Both the position numbers and the translations under genes were made by a program. The notes below the pieces were generated by a model. The model saw only the letters and a program-made list of their open reading frames with translations, made no database searches and was not told where the DNA came from. Positions 18,204 through 27,466 of a DNA stretch of 64,000 nucleotides are shown here, piece after piece (position 1 is the stretch's first letter; each line of letters begins with the position of its first letter). Origin of the DNA: a bacterium. GTDB lineage: Bacteria > SAR324 > JACQKK01. The stretch is taken from the NCBI GenBank assembly GCA_965205845.1, contig CBDBIG010000003.1:313117-377116 (forward strand). The letters run 5' to 3'.

Positions 18204-19740
18204 TCGATTGAAAATAAGCCCATGGTTTTTGACGGCGTATGTGCTCGCCTGTCTGGCACCGCCCGCTTTAGCACAACGCAATTTTAAACCCCTTGAGCAA
18301 GGGGATGGCGTTGATGTTGAAGAAAAAATCGTCCTTTTGCGCGGTGTCGAGGCGCGGGCAGAGTTTGCCGCATGGTTGGAGCAAATGCGCTCGAGCGATC
18401 TAAAGCTTGAATTGGGGCACGCTTCAGGAAGCCGTTCCAAGCAAGATACCCTACTCTTTTTTAGAACGGTAAGGCACCAAAATATTTCGGTTAATTTGGA
18501 AGTCCAATTGGGTGATACCGCCTTTCAACCTACTGAATGGCGCCGCCAAGAAGACCCCAGCAGTGCAGCACGTGCGCCGCAGTCGAACCCATTAACCCTA
18601 AGCGTACGCCAGGCGCACATTGCCTACCGCTTTAATCCACGCTCACGCCTGCGAATAGGCAAGCAGTATGTTTCTTTCGACGAGGGGCGGGGCAAAATCT
18701 TTCACGGTTTTTTTCCAGCGATCCAATTTGATTGCTTTGTGAAGACCTGGTGCTTTCCCATCAAAGTGGCGTATATCGGCCCATCATCTGCCGATGCGGC
18801 CTACCAGTTTGCCTTGCGCTATCCCGCTTGGGATGAGGGTGAGGGCCTTGAGCGCCGCCGTTTTCAGGTAGAATTGTTCCGGACACGCTACACAGAAAAC
18901 AATGTCCCTTTGGCGGTAGGTTTTGGGGCAGGACGTTCTAACCCAAGCGATCAAGACGACCTCACCCAAAATCCCACCTTGGTAAATGATGGCGCAGGAA
19001 CGGTGTTTTTTGATACCAACGGTGTCGACATATACGGGCTACGCTTTTGGTGGGATACGTCATGGCTAAACTTGTATTTGGATACCATTTCCTCAAACGG
19101 CGCACGGGTGTACCATCGGCGCAAATTACCAACGGGGGACTTTGTAAGCTCTTTAAATGGCGGGGCAGAAACCAATCGCCAACAAGTAAGGGGCAATGCC
19201 AGTGAGCTAGAGGTCTCGATTTCCGTGCAAAAAAACTTGCGCTTTGGTTTGCGTGTGATGCGCGCAGATGGCGACCCAAATCGCAGCAATGCAGGGCAAG
19301 GCGTGTACGCCCGCAGTTTAGAGGGGTATTATGAGATTACCCCGGGGGGCTACACGGGCAGCAGGCTTTATTTTAATGGCAGCGGTGGCGAAGCCCTTAA
19401 CAAAGGCCTTGGCTTGGGGCATTCCATCACCAATACCTCCATGGATAGCGTGTTGTTTTATTGGAAACAAGCGCAAAATTTGGGTCTTTCTTTTGACATC
19501 GCAATCCATCGCTTGGCTTACAAGCACCCTGTACGCAACGCCCAAGGGGCTTTCACCACCGATATTGGGAGAGAATTGAATGTCTTGATGCAAAAGCCCT
19601 TGAGTGAGGACTTAAATTTGGAATGGGAATTCAATTATATTTCTGCTGCCAGTGGGTTTTCCTTAACCGACCACCGACCACCCGTGGCCAGTCCCGATGA
19701 CCTGTCCCAGGCTATTATGCGCCTTCACTATCGTTTTTAG
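18190..19740 (+). CDS. Predicted outer-membrane beta-barrel protein (516 aa), unrelated to the OMP-A/B pair
   Basis: Signal peptide MKTLNRLKISPWFLTAYVLACLAPPALAQ. Rich in alternating strands with aromatic girdle residues. C-terminal …LHYRF. Confidence 0.5.
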   Translation: MKTLNRLKISPWFLTAYVLACLAPPALAQRNFKPLEQGDGVDVEEKIVLLRGVEARAEFAAWLEQMRSSDLKLELGHASGSRSKQDTLLFFRTVRHQNISVNLEVQLGDTAFQPTEWRRQEDPSSAARAPQSNPLTLSVRQAHIAYRFNPRSRLRIGKQYVSFDEGRGKIFHGFFPAIQFDCFVKTWCFPIKVAYIGPSSADAAYQFALRYPAWDEGEGLERRRFQVELFRTRYTENNVPLAVGFGAGRSNPSDQDDLTQNPTLVNDGAGTVFFDTNGVDIYGLRFWWDTSWLNLYLDTISSNGARVYHRRKLPTGDFVSSLNGGAETNRQQVRGNASELEVSISVQKNLRFGLRVMRADGDPNRSNAGQGVYARSLEGYYEITPGGYTGSRLYFNGSGGEALNKGLGLGHSITNTSMDSVLFYWKQAQNLGLSFDIAIHRLAYKHPVRNAQGAFTTDIGRELNVLMQKPLSEDLNLEWEFNYISAASGFSLTDHRPPVASPDDLSQAIMRLHYRF

Positions 19741-19770
19741 AGATCGTTTTTAGAGTGAGACAATATCTTG

Positions 19771-21078
19771 ATGAGCAAAGCACCCGCATTGCATTTAAAC
19801 CGTTCCAACGCACTGTTTCAGCAAGCCCAACAGCTGCTGGTGGGTGGGGTGAACAGTCCTGTGCGTACTTTTCGCGCAGTTGGGAACGCACACCCCTTGT
19901 TTATCCAAAAGGCAAAAGGGGCTTACGTGTATGATGTGGATGGCAATCGCTACCTCGATTACATGGGTGCCTGGGGTCCTATGATTTTAGGCCACGCCCA
20001 TGAAACCATTGAAAAAGCGGTGATTGAGGCCGTGAAGAATGGACTGGCCTTTGGCTTGTGCTGTGAAACCGAAATGGAACTGGCCAAAGCCGTACAAGCA
20101 TGCTGCCCCCATGTAGAACAAGTGCGCTTTGTGAATTCTGGGGGGGAAGCCGCGCAAACGGCCTTGCGCTTGGCACGCGGGTATACTAAACGAGAGAAGG
20201 TGGTGAAGTTTAACGGCTGCTATCATGGAAGCATCGACCCGCTGTTGGTCAAAGCGGGTTCGGGCCTGTCCACTTTAGGCATTCCCGATTCCGCGGGCGT
20301 AACCGCAGGCAGTGCGCAAGATACCCTGTGCGCCGAATTTAACGACCTTGAGAGTGTGATCGCATTGTTTGAGGCCAATGCGGGTGAGGTCGCAGCGCTT
20401 ATTTTAGAGATTATTCCTGGCAATATGGGGGTGGTAACCCCCAAACTACCCTTTTTACAAGGGTTAAGGGACTTGTGCGATCGCGAAGGTGCGGTGCTGA
20501 TTGCGGATGAGGTGATGACTGGCTTTAGGGTGGGTTTGGGTGGTGCGCATGCGCTATTTGGGCTTGTGCCCGATTTGATAATGTTTGGTAAAGTAATGGG
20601 CGGTGGCATGCCCGTAGGTGCGGTCGGGGGACGCACAGATATTATGCAAACTCTCTCGCCACAAGGGCCTGTGTACCAAGGGGGCACGCTGTCTGGTAAC
20701 CCTGTGGCCATGGCCGCTGGACTTGCTGCGTTAACCCTATTGCAACAACAAGAACGTGATGATGGGTTTTATGCCGAACTCAACCGCAAAAGCGCCATGC
20801 TATTGGATGGCCTAAAGAGCATTTGCAAAAGTGCGGACATTGGTGTGCAAACGTGCCATTTTGGGGGCATGCTAGGGTTTTACTTTAGCGATACTCCCGT
20901 AGAAAATTACCGCCAAGCGATGGCAGCCAATGGACCTCAGTATCAGCGTTTGTTTCGCGGCTTGCTTAAACGCGGGATCGTGTTTGCGCCCTCGGCTTTA
21001 GAAGCCGCTTTTGTATCGACAGCCCATGGCGAAGAAGAGATTGAGCAGACCCTTGATGCGATGAAAGAGGTGTTGTGA
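19771..21078 (+). CDS. hemL: Glutamate-1-semialdehyde 2,1-aminomutase
   Basis: GGVNSPVRTFRAVG N-terminal motif and the PLP lysine region MFGKVMGGGMPVGAVGG. The stop overlaps the next gene (ATGA). Confidence 0.92.
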   Translation: MSKAPALHLNRSNALFQQAQQLLVGGVNSPVRTFRAVGNAHPLFIQKAKGAYVYDVDGNRYLDYMGAWGPMILGHAHETIEKAVIEAVKNGLAFGLCCETEMELAKAVQACCPHVEQVRFVNSGGEAAQTALRLARGYTKREKVVKFNGCYHGSIDPLLVKAGSGLSTLGIPDSAGVTAGSAQDTLCAEFNDLESVIALFEANAGEVAALILEIIPGNMGVVTPKLPFLQGLRDLCDREGAVLIADEVMTGFRVGLGGAHALFGLVPDLIMFGKVMGGGMPVGAVGGRTDIMQTLSPQGPVYQGGTLSGNPVAMAAGLAALTLLQQQERDDGFYAELNRKSAMLLDGLKSICKSADIGVQTCHFGGMLGFYFSDTPVENYRQAMAANGPQYQRLFRGLLKRGIVFAPSALEAAFVSTAHGEEEIEQTLDAMKEVL

Positions 21079-21329
21079 TGTCACCAAACCCTCTCGGTGA
21101 AAGGAAACGAAAAGTCCCCCAAGCACCCAAAAAACCGCCGCAGCCTTCCTTGTGGAGCAAAGGCGTGCGATTTATGGCGGTGGGTGTTGAGGTAGCCGTT
21201 GCGATTTTGCTAAGCTTATGGGTGGGTCAGTGGCTTGACATCCGCCTTGGTAGCGAGCCTTGGCTATTGTTGGGATGCATGTTGGTTGGGATGATTGCCG
21301 CGCTCCGTATTTTAATGCGTTTGCGCTAG
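21075..21329 (+). CDS. atpZ: Small 2-TM membrane protein in the atpZ/AtpI-like position at the head of the F0 ATP synthase operon
   Basis: 84 aa. It has a basic N-terminus and two hydrophobic helices (VGVEVAVAILLSLWVGQWL / LLLGCMLVGMIAALRIL). It is immediately upstream of atpI-atpB-atpE. Its 3' end is the first unit of the 87-bp array. Confidence 0.6.
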   Translation: MMSPNPLGERKRKVPQAPKKPPQPSLWSKGVRFMAVGVEVAVAILLSLWVGQWLDIRLGSEPWLLLGCMLVGMIAALRILMRLR

Positions 21330-21790
21330 GCCTGCGGTTTGCACACAGCGCAGCTATTGGGATGCGTGTTGGTTGGGATGATTGCCGCGCTCCGTATTTT
21401 AATGCGTTTGCGCTAGGCCTGCGGTTTGCACACAGCGCAGCTATTGGGATGCGTGTTGGTTGGGATGATTGCCGTGCCCCGTATTTTAATGCGTTTGCGC
21501 TAGGCCTGCGGTTTGCACACAGCGCAGCTATTGGGATGCGTGTTGGTTAGGATGGTGGCCGCGCTCCGTATTTTAATGCGTTTGCGCTAGGCCTGCGGTT
21601 TGCACACAGCGCAGCTATTGGGATGCGTGTTGGTTAGGATGGTGGCCGCGCTCCGTATTTTAATGCGTTTGCGCTAGGCCTGCGGTTTGCACACAGCGCA
21701 GCTATTGGGATGCGTGTTGGTTGGGATGGTGGCCGCGCTCCGTATTTTAATGCGTTTGCGCTAGGCCTGCGGTTTGCACACAGCGCAGCT
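21265..21790. repeat. 87-bp tandem repeat x6 that begins inside the atpZ 3' end; every unit re-creates the atpZ C-terminal codons (…GMIAALRILMRLR) and the TAG stop
   Basis: Units start at 21281, 21368, 21455, 21542, 21629 and 21716 with exact 87-bp period (87 = 29 codons). Units differ by a few SNPs (GGTTGGGATGATTGCC vs GGTTAGGATGGTGGCC). The ORF track shows the repeated peptide AIGMRVGWDDCRAPYFNAFALGLRFAHSA in another frame. Confidence 0.95.
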
Positions 21791-21833
21791 TTGAAGAATG
21801 GGTTCGTAATACAAGCATGCAGCCAGGTGAGGG

Positions 21834-22205
21834 ATGATCGATAAATCTGCAAACGCACTTTCGTGGCGTAGAATAAGGTACTTGCTTTATGCCATTGCCG
21901 TTTTGGGCGGACTCATGGCAGGCTTGAGCCTGTGGTTTATAGGCAGCAAATTTGCTGGTGCGCTCTTGCTTGGGGTAGGCCTGGTGTTGTTGAACGTGTG
22001 GGGGACAGCACGATTTGCCTCTGCCTTGCTAAATAAGCAAAGGAAAAGTTTATTGTGGATTGCCTATCCCTTTAAACTATTGATAGACGTAGCCTTCGTC
22101 GTGTGGCTTATTGGATATGTGCAAATTGATCCCATTGGGTTTTTAGCGGGGCTCTCTACGCTGGCGATAGGGGTGGTGCTTTTTGCCTTCTACCCAAATG
22201 CTTAA
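21834..22205 (+). CDS. atpI: ATP synthase protein I (AtpI)
   Basis: 123-aa polytopic membrane protein directly upstream of atpB, with four hydrophobic helices. Call is positional plus topology. Confidence 0.6.
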   Translation: MIDKSANALSWRRIRYLLYAIAVLGGLMAGLSLWFIGSKFAGALLLGVGLVLLNVWGTARFASALLNKQRKSLLWIAYPFKLLIDVAFVVWLIGYVQIDPIGFLAGLSTLAIGVVLFAFYPNA

Positions 22206-22265
22206 AAGTTTGTATGTGAGAAACAAATCACGAAAAAGGGCGGAAATTAAAGGGGACCGGCGCTT

Positions 22266-22985
22266 ATGGCAGAACAAAATGCAATTACTTGGGGAGAACA
22301 GTTGCTTCCAGGGGTTGAGCACACGTTGGCGAAGTATGGCGTGGACCCCCATGCAGGGATTGACGCTGTGGTGGTGGGAGTTGCGCTGGTTGCCTTTGCC
22401 TATGTGGTTGGCCGTCCTTTTCGCAAAGGGCGCATGCTTGAGCCCAAAGGCAAGGCCAGTTACAGTTTTTTAGGAGAGGTCTTGGTGGGCGGCATGCTGA
22501 ACATGTTTAACGGAATTATTCGTAGTGGCGCAAGGCCGTTTTTTGTGCTACTGGGTTCCTTTGCTTTGTTTATTTTAGCAAACAATTTGATCGGTTTGAT
22601 CCCTGGGTTTCACCCACCCACCTCTCAGTACAACGTTACGGTGGTGATGGCGTTGATGGTGTTTTTTACGGCTCATTACACGGGGATTCGTCAACACAAA
22701 TTTGGTTATGTTAAAAAATTTTTGGGACCTTTGGTGTTGATAGCCCCGCTCATTTTTCCCATTGAAATCATCAGTCACCTCGTTCGCCCGCTTTCGTTGT
22801 CTGTACGTTTGTTTGGTAACATTACGGGTGACCATCAGGTGGTGTCGGTGTTTAGCTCGCTACTCGCTGTTGGATTGCCTGTGCCCTTTATGGCATTGGG
22901 CGTGCTTGTTTCTTTTTTACAAGCGTATGTGTTTGTTTTATTGGCAGCAGTATACTTTCAAGATGCACTAGACCACCCACACTAG
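22266..22985 (+). CDS. atpB: F0F1 ATP synthase subunit a
   Basis: [15 protein letters not shown] (the essential Arg of subunit a), multi-TM, 239 aa. Confidence 0.9.
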   Translation: MAEQNAITWGEQLLPGVEHTLAKYGVDPHAGIDAVVVGVALVAFAYVVGRPFRKGRMLEPKGKASYSFLGEVLVGGMLNMFNGIIRSGARPFFVLLGSFALFILANNLIGLIPGFHPPTSQYNVTVVMALMVFFTAHYTGIRQHKFGYVKKFLGPLVLIAPLIFPIEIISHLVRPLSLSVRLFGNITGDHQVVSVFSSLLAVGLPVPFMALGVLVSFLQAYVFVLLAAVYFQDALDHPH

Positions 22986-23092
22986 CCCCTGTTTGTTGTG
23001 CGTCGGGAGGGGAGGTATTGTACCTAAGTTACGCACAGGTTTATTGGATGACCGTGATCCGCCAACATTTTATGAAAGAAAAGAAAACATAC

Positions 23093-23404
23093 ATGAAACA
23101 AAAAACCTTATTTCTATTTGGCTTATTCATCTTGGCTTTGGCTACCCCGCTTTATGCTGCCACGGGCGAAGTTGCGACGTTGGGCCTGGCCTTAGGAGCA
23201 GGCATTGCCATTGGGATTGCTGCTTTAGGTGGTGGTATTGGTCAAGGTATCGCTGTTTCCAGTGCCTTAGAAGGCATTGCGCGCAACCCAAATGCGGCGG
23301 ATAAAATTTTTACCCCCATGATTATTGGCCTCGCCTTGATTGAATCGTTGGTAATTTACGGCTTGGTAATTGCGTTTATTTTGCAAGCAAAAATTGCTGT
23401 CTAG
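23093..23404 (+). CDS. atpE: F0F1 ATP synthase subunit c with an N-terminal signal-peptide-like extension
   Basis: c-subunit hairpin [25 protein letters not shown]...ARNP...[21 protein letters not shown] (with the ion-binding E). It is preceded by [24 protein letters not shown]. The start was placed at the ATG at 23093. The ORF-track start at 23018 is less likely. Confidence 0.85.
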   Translation: MKQKTLFLFGLFILALATPLYAATGEVATLGLALGAGIAIGIAALGGGIGQGIAVSSALEGIARNPNAADKIFTPMIIGLALIESLVIYGLVIAFILQAKIAV

Positions 23405-23674
23405 CCTACTGATTGCTTGGCCTTAAAGCGATGAGGGGCACATTAGGGCAAAACAACACGCTCTTTGGTTTTTCTTTAAAAGGCGGCTAAAGGGCACGTT
23501 TGGGTGGGTACGTGTCGCCAAGCGATTTGGCGGATTGCTTGTTCCTTTCGCCCCTTGCCCCCGTTTACCGGGGGTTGCTTGGCTCGTACTTTTTGATGAG
23601 GCTATTTATCAGCATATGTGCAAGCTTTTGGCTGTGATACAAGGCCTTATGTAACCAACCACTTCCGCCCAAGA

Positions 23675-23860
23675 GCGATCTCATTCAATCCCGTCGCGTT
23701 GTGTTCGCCCGTAGCCGATCAAAAACCCTTGTGAAAGCGATCTCATTCAATCCCGTCGCGTTGTGTTCGCCCGTAGCCGATCAAAAACCCTTGTGAAAGC
23801 GATCTCATTCAATCCCATCGCGTTGTGTTCGCCCGTAGCCGATCAAAAACCCTTGTGAAT
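23675..23860. repeat. 62-bp tandem repeat x3 (GCGATCTCATTCAATCCCGTCGCGTTGTGTTCGCCCGTAGCCGATCAAAAACCCTTGTGAAA)
   Basis: Units at 23675, 23737 and 23799 in the gene-free region downstream of atpE. Confidence 0.9.
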
Positions 23861-24214
23861 CCGTTTTCTGGCACCTGCGCCTAAACCCCTTTTAGCAATT
23901 GCGTGTAAACCCTTGGGGTATGCCTTAAAAAAGCCGTGGGGGTATTCATGGGGCGTTTGCCCCTTTGCCGACCACCCCTTACCCGTGTGTCCTGAGAAGG
24001 GCACGGGAAAGAGCGGTCCATTTGGCGGTCAAAACCGCCTTTTACGCGCAAGATGAAACGGGTTTTTCATCGGCCATTTTGGGTTTTGGTTTAAAGGTTT
24101 TGGTTTAAGCCAACGCTTAAAACTCAGGTAACCGCCCAGCCCAGCCAAGAAGTGCATGTGTCCGAGCCTTGCTGGCGTGAAAAACATACCTCTCGCGCCT
24201 TGGCAGGGTTGCTC

Positions 24215-24252
24215 GCCCTTGCGTATCACTTAAAGCGGGCAAGGGCTTTTTT
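24215..24252 (+). terminator. Rho-independent terminator candidate
   Basis: GCCCTTGCGTATCACTTAAAGCGGGCAAGGGC (8-bp GC-rich stem) followed by TTTTTT. Confidence 0.6.
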
Positions 24253-24473
24253 GGGGTTATTCTCTATTGCCTTGGTGCTGTGGGTTGGCTTTTCTTGGAG
24301 TGCTTCCTCTTGGGTAGGAGGCCTCGGCAGCACTCTCGAGCCTTGAAGCCCTTTTGCAAAAGCACCTTGCATTCTCTGGGGGCAGGCTTTACCCACAAAA
24401 CCTAAAACCGCGTTATGAATCGCTACGCTATTGCGGGCAAAAGCCCTTTTTTGAGCATGGCTTGCCCTTTGGT

Positions 24474-24593
24474 CGATTTCAAACACAGGTTCAAACACAG
24501 GTTCAAACACAGGTTCAAACACAGGTTCAAACACAGGTTCAAACACAGGTTCAAACACAGGTTCAAACACAGGTTCAAACACAGTGCCATCAA
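24474..24593. repeat. 12-bp microsatellite (CAGGTTCAAACA) x10
   Basis: Read directly. It yields the FEPV/QTQV/FKHR peptide repeats seen in three ORF-track frames. Confidence 0.95.
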
Positions 24594-24644
24594 TCGCAAT
24601 GCTCGCCTTGACCTTAAAACCCCAAACCCATTCCTTCTTGGACG

Positions 24645-25124
24645 CCAGCCACCTGTTCCGCAGAGCAGATTCGAAGCCACGAGCGTTTACAAATGCTGTC
24701 AACAGCCGTAAAAAAAGAGTACTTGCGTTACATGAGGCGCAATCACCGACGTGGTAGCCCTCCCATGCGCGCATCATGAAAGAAATGTGCTACACTGAGG
24801 TGTCCTACGAACAGGCTTGGTTGGCTCTGCAGCCAGTTAAGTCGTTCATCCAAGTTTTGGCCCTTTTTTTAAGTATCACATGTACCAGCCACCTGTTCCG
24901 CAGAGCAGGTTCGAAGCCACGAGCGTTTACAAATGCTGTCAACAGCCGTAAAAAAAGAGTACTTGCGTTACATGAGGCGCAATCACCGACGTGGTGGCCC
25001 TCCCATGCGCGCATAATGAAAGAAATGTGCTACACTGAGGTGTCCTACGAACAGGCTTGGTTGGCTCTGCAGCCAGTTAAGTCGTTCATCCAAGTTTTGG
25101 CCCTTTTTTAAGTATCACACGTAT
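24645..25124. repeat. 240-bp direct tandem duplication (x2), near-identical
   Basis: Unit 1 is 24645-24884 and unit 2 is 24885-25124 (CCAGCCACCTGTTCCGCAGAGCAG...GGCCCTTTTTTTAAGTATCACA). Each unit carries a sigma70-like TTTACA-N17-TAAAAA and a T-run. Confidence 0.95.
24686..24714 (+). promoter_or_regulatory. Candidate sigma70-type promoter (TTTACA - 17 bp - TAAAAA), repeated at 24926-24954 in the second 240-bp unit
   Basis: -35/-10-like hexamers with 17-bp spacer read directly. A T7 run at 24864-24870 lies about 150 nt downstream, a possible short transcript. Speculative. Confidence 0.3.
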
Positions 25125-25135
25125 CTGTGTAAACG

Positions 25136-26509
25136 ATGTTTGAAGTATTACGCGAACGATTTCATCAGGCAGCCAACCAGTTCAAAGGCGGACGTTTGCG
25201 CCAAGAATTACTGGAAGAAGTACTCGAACAGGTGCGTGCTGCCTTGCTTGAAGCGGATGCTGGGCTGGAAAGCATTGCGCTATTTTTGGAGTGCTTGCGC
25301 CGGCGCTGTGAGCAAGAAGCCCCCCCGAATGATGAGGGTGTCTCTGCCAGTCAACGCTTTTTAAAAATGGCAGCAGAAGAATTGGCCACCATGATGGGAG
25401 GGGAAGAGGCCAAACCCTTGCGCACAACAGGTCGCCCCGCCTTGATTATGTTGGTGGGGCTACAAGGGGCAGGCAAAACAACCACTTGCGCCAAGCTGGC
25501 TTTGCACTTGCAGACCACCACTAAAAAGCGCTGTCATATGGCTTCTACCGACCACCGCCGTCCTGCCGCCATGGAACAACTTGCAGTGTTAGCGCAAGGT
25601 TTGGGTGTGTCTTGTAGCCCTCCCAACACGGCCAAGAATGCCATGAAACTGGCACGTTATGGTCTTTCTGCAGCCAAAAAAGCCAAGTGTGAAGTGCTAC
25701 TGCTTGACACCGCGGGGCGCTTGGAAATGGACACGGCACTCATGGATGAATTGGCTCAAATGGCCCAGGTGCTTCAACCCACTGAAATTTTGTACGTGGC
25801 TGATGGAATGAGCGGGCAAAATGCCGTGCAAGCATCGCGTCAATTTGCCGCAAAACTGCCTTTAACAGGATGCATTTTAACCAAAATGGAAGGGGATGCC
25901 AGGGGCGGGGCGGCCATTTCGATTCGTCACGGAAGTGGTGCTGTGGTTAAATTTATGGGCGTCGGAGAAAACCCTAAAGACCTCGAGGTTTTTCATCCGC
26001 AACGTATTGCCTCACGTATTTTGGGCTTAGGAGATATCCTCTCCTTAATGGAGCGGGCAGAAACGCTGTATAGCGAAGAAAAATCCCTTGAAATCCAGCG
26101 CAAAATGGCGCAGAACGCTTTTACTCTCACCGACTTTTTAGAGCAACTGCGCAATTTTAAAAGCATTGGGTCCATGAGTGAATGGAAGGAAATGCTACCC
26201 GCGTTGGGCAATGCTGGGGGCAACAAAATGGATGAAGGGCGCATGCGTAAAATGGAAGCAATGATTTGCTCAATGACCTTCGCCGAACGCGAGAACCATC
26301 AAATCATAAACCCTTCAAGGCTTCTCCGGATTGCCAAGGGCAGTGGCTGTAAAACCAGCGATGTCCAGCGTTTGCTTAAGCGGTTTAGACAAATGCGCAA
26401 AACCATGAAAAACCTGCGACAGTTGCAAAAGCAAAATGGCGGGGATTTAAGTTCTTTGCTCGGCGGAATGGGCGGGGAAGGGATAAAGGCTGGAAAAGGT
26501 TTTTTTTGA
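25136..26509 (+). CDS. ffh: Signal recognition particle protein Ffh
   Basis: N domain MFEVLRERF...LLEADAG, the GTPase motif MLVGLQGAGKTTTCAKLA plus DTAGR, and an M domain with a Met-rich C-terminal region. Confidence 0.93.
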   Translation: MFEVLRERFHQAANQFKGGRLRQELLEEVLEQVRAALLEADAGLESIALFLECLRRRCEQEAPPNDEGVSASQRFLKMAAEELATMMGGEEAKPLRTTGRPALIMLVGLQGAGKTTTCAKLALHLQTTTKKRCHMASTDHRRPAAMEQLAVLAQGLGVSCSPPNTAKNAMKLARYGLSAAKKAKCEVLLLDTAGRLEMDTALMDELAQMAQVLQPTEILYVADGMSGQNAVQASRQFAAKLPLTGCILTKMEGDARGGAAISIRHGSGAVVKFMGVGENPKDLEVFHPQRIASRILGLGDILSLMERAETLYSEEKSLEIQRKMAQNAFTLTDFLEQLRNFKSIGSMSEWKEMLPALGNAGGNKMDEGRMRKMEAMICSMTFAERENHQIINPSRLLRIAKGSGCKTSDVQRLLKRFRQMRKTMKNLRQLQKQNGGDLSSLLGGMGGEGIKAGKGFF

Positions 26510-26528
26510 CCCTTTTGCCAAAGGTTTT
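26510..26528 (+). terminator. Weak terminator-like hairpin after ffh
   Basis: CCCTTTTGCCAAAGG followed by TTTTGAT. Short stem, low confidence. Confidence 0.3.
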
Positions 26529-26919
26529 GATAAAAGTTTTTAAGGTTGCTAGCATTTTGTGTATGATGGTACGTCTTTAGGTCAAAATCCTATGCCGATG
26601 GATGCCGTCAGGCGGCCTTCGGTCGTCCTCTTATGCTTTGCAAAACGCTGCTTAAAAAATGGCAGCCTTGGGACCGTGTATATCGGTGATGGCTTGGTGT
26701 CTCAAGCAAGCGGATAGACATCCATGGCAAAAAAGGACGCGGGCGAGAATTTATTGCCCCAGTGCAATCCAGAGGTAAGCCCTTCTAGCAAGCATCCCCG
26801 TGAGGTCCGCAAAAGTTCATCTAAGCCGGCAAAACCAGCCAAAAGCCTATGCAAAGCATGTTTTGGACAGCAAGCCTTTTGATTACAATTTAACACTAAG
26901 GAGTTATTGAGAAAATACT

Positions 26920-27300
26920 GTGTCATTAAGCATCCACTTAGCCCGTGGTGGGAAGAAAAAAAGACCTTTTTATCGTGTTGTTGTGCAAGAAAGAACGGCA
27001 CCACGCGATGGACGTTTTATCGAGCGCATTGGTGAATACAACCCTTTGCTCACAGAGGGTAAATCCTCGTTTAAATTGGATCGCGTTAAGCATTGGATGG
27101 ATGTGGGGGCCAGCCCCAGCCTACGGGTGTACAAGTTGCTTTCTTTTCATGGGTTTTCGCACCCAGCACTCGACAAAGTTGCCGCACGTGAAAAAATTTC
27201 ATCTGCCGCACGTGAAAAAGCCTACGCCTTAAAGCAAGCAGCGGAAAAAACCGCCAAAGAGGCTGAGGAAACCAAAGCAGAAAAAACCAAGAAGGCTTAG
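26920..27300 (+). CDS. rpsP: 30S ribosomal protein S16 with Lys/Ala-rich C-terminal extension
   Basis: GTG start. SLSIHLARGGKKKRPFYRVVVQERTAPRDGRFIERIGEYNP is the conserved S16 core. The C-terminal 45 aa (AAREKISSAAREKAYALKQAAEKTAKEAEETKAEKTKKA) includes a 24-bp in-frame duplication. Confidence 0.9.
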   Translation: MSLSIHLARGGKKKRPFYRVVVQERTAPRDGRFIERIGEYNPLLTEGKSSFKLDRVKHWMDVGASPSLRVYKLLSFHGFSHPALDKVAAREKISSAAREKAYALKQAAEKTAKEAEETKAEKTKKA

Positions 27301-27466
27301 AGAAATTTTCACATCTGCCAGCCCCGGCAATATGGGGGTGCTTTGCGTAAAAGGCATCCATGGTTGGCCTTGTCTACGTGGGGTGACTTTGCGTAAAGAG
27401 GCCCTGTGGTTGGGCTTTACTGCTCTATGGCAGTGCTCAACGCGCTGGGGCTGACTTGCCACAAGC

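Noticed and set aside
21260-21858. ORFs 21260-21550 (+) and 21634-21858 (-) with perfectly repeated peptides. I also considered whether the 87-bp array could be a CRISPR array.
   Set aside because: The repeated peptides arise only because the 87-bp unit is a multiple of 3. It is not a CRISPR array because whole units are identical, with no unique spacers between short repeats, and there are no cas genes.
24226-24777. A 183-aa minus-strand ORF containing (FEPV)x10.
   Set aside because: The repeat peptide is the translation of the 12-bp microsatellite. The ORF is open in three frames across the repeat. Only the first 42 aa are conserved in the second 240-bp unit. It is kept as a possibility under the finding for this region, but not annotated as a gene.
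23405-26919. I searched by eye for structured RNAs next to ffh and rpsP: SRP/4.5S RNA (GGAAGCAGCC-type motif), tmRNA (tRNA-like ends, ANDENYALAA tag), and RNase P RNA (GGAAAGTCCGG).
   Set aside because: None of the conserved motifs was found. The region appears to be non-coding repeats plus terminators. A covariance-model scan is needed for certainty.
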